The notes under the pieces were generated by a model that made no database searches, was not told the DNA's origin, and saw only the letters and a program-made list of their open reading frames with translations. The translations under genes and the position numbers were made by a program. Positions 57,462 through 64,000 of a DNA stretch of 64,000 nt are shown here, piece by piece (within the stretch, counting starts at the first letter, position 1; every line of letters starts with the position of its first letter). Location: positions 162,012-226,011 of IMG/VR virus record IMGVR_UViG_3300044719_000253. The stretch is one strand, 5' to 3'. Origin of the DNA: a virus (taxonomy: Duplodnaviria > Caudoviricetes).

Positions 57462-58304
57462 TTAAGAAATGTAAAGGGGCTCCGAAGCGCCGATATCCAG
57501 GGAGAACTGCACCCCATCGGCATTGAACTGCAGCGGCGCGCCGATGTTGACCAGATCGCTGACCTGGACCGCGATCGCTTCTTTCATATTGAACGAAGAC
57601 TGACCCGGATCGGTGACTGCCACTTGCAAGTCCAGACCCGAGCACAGGGCCAGTTCCGAAATCACTGCGGCGTTGGTGTTTTGGTAAATGATGCTGAACA
57701 CGTTCAACAGTTCAGTGGTATCATTGGCGTTCAGCACCACATTCAGCGGCGCCGAGGCACTGACGTAGCTACCATCGGCAGTCACGACACCGGCCGACGA
57801 CACACTCGGCGGAGTCGGGTGCAAGACCGAGGAATCCGGCACAAATGGCACGGTGGTTTTCACACCATCTACCACGGTGGTTAAAAACATACCGGCGCTG
57901 AGGTTGGTCTTGTCCAGCCGCTTGAGGTAGTACGCAATGTACGGCACGCCGTTGCGGGTTTCCAGACGACGCAGAGCGTAGTTCTGGCGCACGTCCGGCG
58001 TCAGGTCATTGCCAATCGCGCGCAGGATCAGCGGGATCGGGTTGTACGGTGCCGCGTTGGTGGCTTGGAACACCTTGGGGATCATGGCCAGATTACCATC
58101 ACTCAGCAAGCTGGCTTCGAGGCCACCGTTTCCCAGACTGAGATAACTCACGGTCGGATAGACGTTGGCATCCGGGACCCGGTCGGCTTGGATCGACAGC
58201 AACTCATTCAGCGTGGTGTTGGGTGCCAGCGTGAACGGGATACCCAGGTTGGCGCACACTTGACGATACAAGCCGTAAACTGTACGCGTGCTCTTTTCAG
58301 CCAT
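57462..58304 (-). CDS. Probable virion structural protein
   Basis: 280 aa downstream of the large structural gene, in the portal-adjacent conserved block. Confidence 0.55.
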   Translation of the reverse strand: MAEKSTRTVYGLYRQVCANLGIPFTLAPNTTLNELLSIQADRVPDANVYPTVSYLSLGNGGLEASLLSDGNLAMIPKVFQATNAAPYNPIPLILRAIGNDLTPDVRQNYALRRLETRNGVPYIAYYLKRLDKTNLSAGMFLTTVVDGVKTTVPFVPDSSVLHPTPPSVSSAGVVTADGSYVSASAPLNVVLNANDTTELLNVFSIIYQNTNAAVISELALCSGLDLQVAVTDPGQSSFNMKEAIAVQVSDLVNIGAPLQFNADGVQFSLDIGASEPLYIS

Positions 58305-58331
58305 GTTAATACTCCTAGTTTCTTCGTTAGA

Positions 58332-60671
58332 TTATTGCGGATAGGTCTTACCCAGCAAGACGGTTTGGACACTACGCGACAGCGGTTCGGTGCGGTTCTC
58401 ATCCAGCATCCACAAGCCTGGCAATTCCGTGATCACCACCACTTGTGTCAACGGGGTTTTGGTTGGCGGGGTATACGGATTCGACGGGTTGTATGGATCA
58501 ATGATCTGGCCGATCTGATCTGCCGTCAAATTCAAGAAGTACTCAATCCCGACAAACGGAATCCAGCCACGCGGAATTGGCACATTCGCTGGATCAGGAC
58601 TGGTGACCCCGATGTTGGCAATCGGACGTTCGAAGTAATAGGTGGTAGGGTGCGATAACAAATCCCCATCCATGCCGACTTCGATATCCACCCGATGCTT
58701 ACCGTATTGCACCACCGTGGGATCCACCGCCGGATGGTTCATCGGAATGTCGATCCCGATTGTCATTGATTCGCGCACGTCTAACAGCTCGATGGCTGCA
58801 TCGGGATTTTGAGGATGGGCATCCAATTGACTGATGACATTACCCACCCGCACTGCCGGCCAATCGGTCTTGCGGATATTCGCATCGTTGATTTCCGCGA
58901 TGATCTGGACCCCATAGGACACCAGCTGGGTGAACATATTCACCATCGCGCTTTGCAACGACTTGAGGGATGATTCCGGATGCAGACTGGCGCCCGTGGC
59001 TTGGGCCACCAAGTCATTGAACATCACTTGATAATCCGCCCGCGCCAAACCCGACAGATCGATATTACGGCTAGAGAGCCAGGTGCTGTACAGCGTTCCG
59101 GCCGGTTCCAACTCCAACCACTGATCTTGATAGATCCGGCTTACCATCCCCAGCACTTGTGCGCGTCGCTCATAATGTTGCTGCCTTGCAATAAGACGTC
59201 GCTGGAATTGCACCGCTTCATTGATGGCATAGCTCAGGTCATAAAACGCATCGATCGAGATCACTGGTTTGATGACGGGTTGTTGGGACAACGCTTCCAC
59301 CGCCACAGCGCGTTCAATGAGTTTGTGGTCGACCAGCCCGTAGATGGTATCCACACTCACCGGGGTGACCGTCTGCACTCGGCTCGCATATGCCTTGGGT
59401 ACGGTCACCAAAGTCTCATCCATGGTTTTGGAAAAGAGATACAGGGCCAGTGTAAAGGCTTCTTTGGCGGTCAGTGGGATCTTTTCATTGGTTTTGGGGT
59501 TGGTGGCGGTGACATAGGCCGTGTACAACCCTTGACAACTCAAATACAACCAATGATTAAACAGAATCTCACTGAGAATCCACGGTGACGAATTGGTTTC
59601 GTCCACCACCGACGATTCGAGCACCTTGGTGGCCACCACGTTCGAAGGTGAATTCTTCATCACCGTGGTGATCTGGTCGGTCACGTCCGCCACGTCCAGG
59701 GTATTGCTTGGCGCTAATGGCGCTTCCTTGGCCAACATCTGCGCCACCGAGATCTTATTGTTTTTAGGCAATGCAATCCCGAGGTTAAGCTGGCGTTTGC
59801 GGAAGATGACTTCGGGGTACAGATTCTCCGTTTGGTCGGTCACGTCATGTTTCATCGTGTACTCTGCCAGCGGCAAAGTCCGTTTTGTCATGATATGCTC
59901 GGTTAACGAGTCGAAGGTGTCGTTCCGCCCCGCGTGGTGTTCGATGTAGGCAATGTTCCGGTAGAAATACAATGCTTGTTCGAGTGTCAAGCTATCGGCA
60001 TACGCATCCAGATACCCGTGGCTGGCCAGATATTCCCGCACATGGTAACTGTGGGCTTCGTTGGTGTTACACGCCGCATCCCGATACGTTAGAATCGCTT
60101 GCACCAACAAGGCATACATGTAACCCAACATGGTGGCATGATACAGTTCGTCAACATAGTCGAACGCCGGCACATGCCAACGCTGTTTAAAATGGTAAAT
60201 CCATTTTTGCAAGCGCGGAATCAAGCTATATTCATTGTCTTCGACTAACCCGGGCGGGTAAGACAGAATTTGACCATCTTTGGCACTCACCGCGAGGTTG
60301 ATATCGGTGGGATACAAAATCCCGAGGATGAGTTGTTCTTGGTTCGGATACCGCTGAAGCAAACGCGCATAATCGTCCGTACCGTATTGGTACGCGCGCG
60401 CGGTGGCTAAGTGGATCGCCAGATTCGCCTTATTAAAGACGATTTCTTCCAAGGTATCCAGCGAGACGACCGTCATCACTTGGTCGATGCTATGGTATTC
60501 CCCTGCAAGATTGAGATAATACTTCCACGTGGTGGGATCGGGATCGGTCGTGTGACCAGTCGCTTCCACCCATGCATTGAGCGCTTGCGCAGAATAAGAC
60601 GATTTGATGACGATCGTCTCTGCCAGCTGCAGGGTTTGATTGATATAAATCTGATAGTTATTTGAACTCAC
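58332..60671 (-). CDS. Large virion structural protein (phiKZ gp128-like, baseplate candidate)
   Basis: 779 aa divergent from the portal. WKYYLNLAGEYH motif. Assignment rests on synteny. Confidence 0.65.
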   Translation of the reverse strand: MSSNNYQIYINQTLQLAETIVIKSSYSAQALNAWVEATGHTTDPDPTTWKYYLNLAGEYHSIDQVMTVVSLDTLEEIVFNKANLAIHLATARAYQYGTDDYARLLQRYPNQEQLILGILYPTDINLAVSAKDGQILSYPPGLVEDNEYSLIPRLQKWIYHFKQRWHVPAFDYVDELYHATMLGYMYALLVQAILTYRDAACNTNEAHSYHVREYLASHGYLDAYADSLTLEQALYFYRNIAYIEHHAGRNDTFDSLTEHIMTKRTLPLAEYTMKHDVTDQTENLYPEVIFRKRQLNLGIALPKNNKISVAQMLAKEAPLAPSNTLDVADVTDQITTVMKNSPSNVVATKVLESSVVDETNSSPWILSEILFNHWLYLSCQGLYTAYVTATNPKTNEKIPLTAKEAFTLALYLFSKTMDETLVTVPKAYASRVQTVTPVSVDTIYGLVDHKLIERAVAVEALSQQPVIKPVISIDAFYDLSYAINEAVQFQRRLIARQQHYERRAQVLGMVSRIYQDQWLELEPAGTLYSTWLSSRNIDLSGLARADYQVMFNDLVAQATGASLHPESSLKSLQSAMVNMFTQLVSYGVQIIAEINDANIRKTDWPAVRVGNVISQLDAHPQNPDAAIELLDVRESMTIGIDIPMNHPAVDPTVVQYGKHRVDIEVGMDGDLLSHPTTYYFERPIANIGVTSPDPANVPIPRGWIPFVGIEYFLNLTADQIGQIIDPYNPSNPYTPPTKTPLTQVVVITELPGLWMLDENRTEPLSRSVQTVLLGKTYPQ

Positions 60672-60707
60672 GACTATCCCTAATGAGAAACTGAAAAGAG
60701 GTTAGTT

Positions 60708-63700
60708 ATGCCGATGCAAACTGGGGACCAATTGAATCCTCTTGAAATGCAAAATTCAGGCGTTCGGGTACCTGCCATTCGGCTGGTGAAAGACAATCCC
60801 AAAGCGGCTGCGTTGGTGAGTAAGTTGGTGGTCGACCAGCGCGCCCAACGCACTACGGATGCCATGCAAGCCCAAGGGGCCGGCGTTAACCTGGCCGCCT
60901 TGCGTGGGATTTCTCACGAGGGCATGCAAAACGTCAACGACCATGAAACCATTCGCCAGTTGCTGTCCGATACGGACTTGGCTGCCGCGATTCTGGTCTC
61001 GGTGATTTTGTCACCGAAAGACATGGTCGGTGTCGAAGTCGGCTACCTGGCCACGCTCTCGCGCTGGCAGTTACCGCACGAAGTTAACGGCACAATGGTG
61101 AACCGGGTGCGCAAGTACCTGGACGAAGTCTATAAAATAAAGCCGCGACTGCCAGAGATGCTGGAAGACATCCTGTTCCGCCGCGGTAGCTACCCGGTGG
61201 CGGTTCTGCCCGAGAACGCGGTCGATGATTTGATTCACGGCAACGGCAGTTTGTCGATGGAGAGTCTGCGTCCGATTCTGCGTCCGGATGGCCAAATTCA
61301 ATCACTCGGTCTGCTCGGTCCGTCGGATAAAGAGAAGGCCAAAAACGAAGAGCGTCCGCGTGGCTACCAGCAAGGGATCGGCTTGGCCCTGGAACATCTG
61401 CTCACGCACCAGCCCAATAAAGAATGGGATAGCCGTCTGCATTTCGAGCTACCGGCGACGGAAAGCCAAAAGGCCGAAACACTCGATCCCCATGTGACAG
61501 TGACAGACAATATTGGCATTTTGAAGATGCCGCTGGTCAGTGAGAAGCTGCGGCAACGCAAAATGCAAGATATCGTCGGTCGCACAGCTTCTTTGTCAAC
61601 TGAGGCAATCGCCAAGCGCGTGGTCAGCCCAATGGATATGCCTAAAGTGACCGGTGACGCGATCATGGCGCGTACGTTCCATCGCCCCAACATGCAGCAC
61701 ACGGTGGTGAAGGAAGTCAAGACGCAAGATAAACTCAAGCGCCGGTCGGTGGGGATGCCGCTGGAAATCCATTTCCCTTCGGAAGCTGTGATCCCGGTGC
61801 ACGTACCGAATCAGCCGAGTAAGCAAATCGGTTTCTGGTTGATTCTGGATGCGGAGGGCAATCCGATCAACCGCGGCATGGGTGTCAACCATTATCGCCA
61901 ACTTGGCGCGAGTTTGCAAAACAACAGTTTCTCGTCGGCGATGATTCAGCGTGCCGGCCTGGCCATGGGTGATAATTCCTCGATCTACGGTCAAGGGAAC
62001 TCGTATGCCACCGCCGCCCAGATGTATGGCAGTATGTTGGACCGGGAACTGAAACAGCGCATGCGTAACGGTTTGGTGGGTGGCAATGTTGAGATTGCTG
62101 GACATGAGGAAGTCTACAACCTGATGCTGGCGCGCTCGATGGCCAACCAGTTCACCCAGCTGTTGTTCATCCCGGTCGAGTACATGACCTACATGGCGTT
62201 CGAGTACAACCCGAATGGCACCGGTCGTAGCTTGTTGGAAAACACCAAGATCATCGACTCGATGCAAGCCAATTTGCTTGTCGGTACTATCATGGGGACG
62301 CTGCGTAATGCTATCGGCCGCACCCACGTGGAGATGAAACTCGACGAGCATACACCGGATCCGATGAAAGCGATCGAGCAAGGTATCGGCGAAATGATGC
62401 GGGTTAACAGCAATGGTTTCCCGCTCGGCACCATTGACCCACTCGATATCAAGGAAGGTCTGCAACGCAGCGCGTTTGAATTCAGTTTCACTGGCAGTCC
62501 GAAGTTACCCGATATGTCGGTGGATTTCTCGGAAAAGAATTCGAACTACCAACCGCCCGATTCCAGGGTGATGGAAGACCTGCGTAAACGCCGCTTGATG
62601 TCGTTCTGGCTCACGCCGGAAATGGTGGATGCGGCCACGGGCGCTGACTTTGCCCGTTCGGTGGTGAACAATTCGACGCTGCTCTCCAAGCGCGCGATGA
62701 TGTTGCAACAAAAGTTCACCCCGCAAGTCTCGGCCCACATCCGCAAACACATCATCAACAGTGGTGATCTGGTGGATGACTTGATCGAAATTCTCAATGA
62801 AAACTTTGATGAAATTATCAAAGACTTCAGTGACGATGAAAAGATCGAGATGTTTGATGGTACGGTGGTGACCAAGGCTGAACTGAAAGATGATCCGCTG
62901 GTCAAGGTGCAGTTCATCCGTGAATTGATCGAAGACTTCGTCGGTGGCTTCAGCGTGACGTTGCCGGAGCCAGATACCACCAAACTGGAAAACCTGGGTG
63001 AGTTGTACAGCAAGCAAAGTCAGCTGGTGGAAGAAGCGATCAAAGCGTGGATTTCGCCGGACATGATGGACCCGGCCGTGGTGGGTGAAGAAGTGGCCAG
63101 CCACATCGGGATTGTGGCAGCGCAGATGAAAGCTTATCTGCTGCGCGATTGGCAGATCAAAAACGGTCTGTTGCCGGAACTGACGGCGTTGACGGCGAAG
63201 AATGAAGACGGCGAAACCGATGTGGATATCGCTGAAATTCAAGCCGCGCACAACGCATCCATCATGGACATCGTGGAAACGCTGTTGGTGGCCAACAAGA
63301 AAGCCAAAGAGAAAACCGCGAAAGCCCTGGAGAAGGCCGGTATCGAAATGGGTTCCACCACCAGCTTCGGCAGCGATGCCTCTTCCAGCAGCTTTGGGGG
63401 TGGCTTTGGTGACAGTGGTTTTGGTAGCGATAGCAGTAGCGGTAGCGATAACTTCGGTATGGGTGGGGATGATTTCAATTTCGACATGGGTGGAGACACG
63501 GGCGGTAGCAGTGATCCGATCAATGGCGAAACAAATGACACCAACCCGGACAACAGTGAAGATAACGCGAATGCCGAGGCAGAACCGGAGAATGGGGAGC
63601 AACAGGCCACGCCTGAAGAGACCCCGCCGGAACCTGAACCGGAACCCGCGACTGATGCGCAGCCCAAACCGGATGACGGTTCGGACGACGAGGTGAAAAC

Positions 63701-63725
63701 CGACGAGGAAGAACCGAAGTCGTAA
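60708..63725 (+). CDS. Portal protein (phiKZ gp129-like)
   Basis: 1005 aa. LFRRGSYPVAVLPE, GRSLLE and IGRTHVEMKLDE, with a long acidic Gly/Ser C-terminal tail typical of this group. Confidence 0.75.
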   Translation: MPMQTGDQLNPLEMQNSGVRVPAIRLVKDNPKAAALVSKLVVDQRAQRTTDAMQAQGAGVNLAALRGISHEGMQNVNDHETIRQLLSDTDLAAAILVSVILSPKDMVGVEVGYLATLSRWQLPHEVNGTMVNRVRKYLDEVYKIKPRLPEMLEDILFRRGSYPVAVLPENAVDDLIHGNGSLSMESLRPILRPDGQIQSLGLLGPSDKEKAKNEERPRGYQQGIGLALEHLLTHQPNKEWDSRLHFELPATESQKAETLDPHVTVTDNIGILKMPLVSEKLRQRKMQDIVGRTASLSTEAIAKRVVSPMDMPKVTGDAIMARTFHRPNMQHTVVKEVKTQDKLKRRSVGMPLEIHFPSEAVIPVHVPNQPSKQIGFWLILDAEGNPINRGMGVNHYRQLGASLQNNSFSSAMIQRAGLAMGDNSSIYGQGNSYATAAQMYGSMLDRELKQRMRNGLVGGNVEIAGHEEVYNLMLARSMANQFTQLLFIPVEYMTYMAFEYNPNGTGRSLLENTKIIDSMQANLLVGTIMGTLRNAIGRTHVEMKLDEHTPDPMKAIEQGIGEMMRVNSNGFPLGTIDPLDIKEGLQRSAFEFSFTGSPKLPDMSVDFSEKNSNYQPPDSRVMEDLRKRRLMSFWLTPEMVDAATGADFARSVVNNSTLLSKRAMMLQQKFTPQVSAHIRKHIINSGDLVDDLIEILNENFDEIIKDFSDDEKIEMFDGTVVTKAELKDDPLVKVQFIRELIEDFVGGFSVTLPEPDTTKLENLGELYSKQSQLVEEAIKAWISPDMMDPAVVGEEVASHIGIVAAQMKAYLLRDWQIKNGLLPELTALTAKNEDGETDVDIAEIQAAHNASIMDIVETLLVANKKAKEKTAKALEKAGIEMGSTTSFGSDASSSSFGGGFGDSGFGSDSSSGSDNFGMGGDDFNFDMGGDTGGSSDPINGETNDTNPDNSEDNANAEAEPENGEQQATPEETPPEPEPEPATDAQPKPDDGSDDEVKTDEEEPKS

Positions 63726-63726
63726 G

Positions 63727-63786
63727 CAAAAAAAAGAAAGACCGCATACGCCCCTCCTACCCTTGCGGGTAGGAGGGGATATGTCG
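63727..63786. terminator. Bidirectional terminator-like hairpin, near-identical to 14687-14737
   Basis: A-tract, GCATACG, 12-bp stem CCCCTCCTACCC/GGGTAGGAGGGG, then ATATGTCG. Confidence 0.75.
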
Positions 63787-64000
63787 TTAATTCAACGATT
63801 GACTGCCTTGGCCCACCAAGTACACGTCCAGCGGCGCAACGGGATCGGTGCGAAACAAATCACCTGTCGTGGCGTTATACACTTCATTGTCCACGTAGTT
63901 GATCTGTTCATTGTCGGCGATCGATGTCACACTTCGCACCCCCATACGCAGAAACGCCGAAGCGATGGCTTTGACGAGCTGCGATTCCTTATCGGTCGGA
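63787..64000 (-). CDS. C-terminal end of a gene entering from beyond the window
   Basis: Open frame ...PTDKESQLVKAIASAFLRMG...GQGSQSLN-stop. Confidence 0.7.
   Translation of the reverse strand, partial: PTDKESQLVKAIASAFLRMGVRSVTSIADNEQINYVDNEVYNATTGDLFRTDPVAPLDVYLVGQGSQSLN

Overview
This window is a 64-kb segment of a phiKZ-like (chimallivirus-type) jumbo phage, moderately GC-rich by eye. Core genes include three virion RNA polymerase subunits (gp178-, gp180- and gp149-like), a tape measure with a lytic transglycosylase domain, tail and baseplate genes with spike and PAAR tip, a portal, a RecA/UvsX-like ATPase, RNase H, SbcC, RuvC and a CYTH protein. Lysis genes are a holin-like protein, a signal-peptide SLT endolysin and spanins. 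About 11 kb (43.9-54.4 kb) is a minus-strand array of small accessory genes. Five things stand out. (1) An ORF-less group I intron (88-453, minus) splits the vRNAP beta gene exactly at the DD|PKR motif. (2) A tail-fibre module holds a 749-aa Pro/Asn/Tyr/Gly repeat protein followed by a 2OG-Fe(II) hydroxylase, two DUF6065-like paralogs and a fibre chaperone, a candidate system for post-translationally modified phage appendages. (3) One protein carries tandem copies of the host RNAP alpha-CTD. (4) A conserved leader motif precedes about ten accessory genes. (5) A genome-specific family of long hairpins sits mostly at convergent gene ends. phiKZ gene-number equivalences come from motif recognition and recalled synteny, not from database searches.
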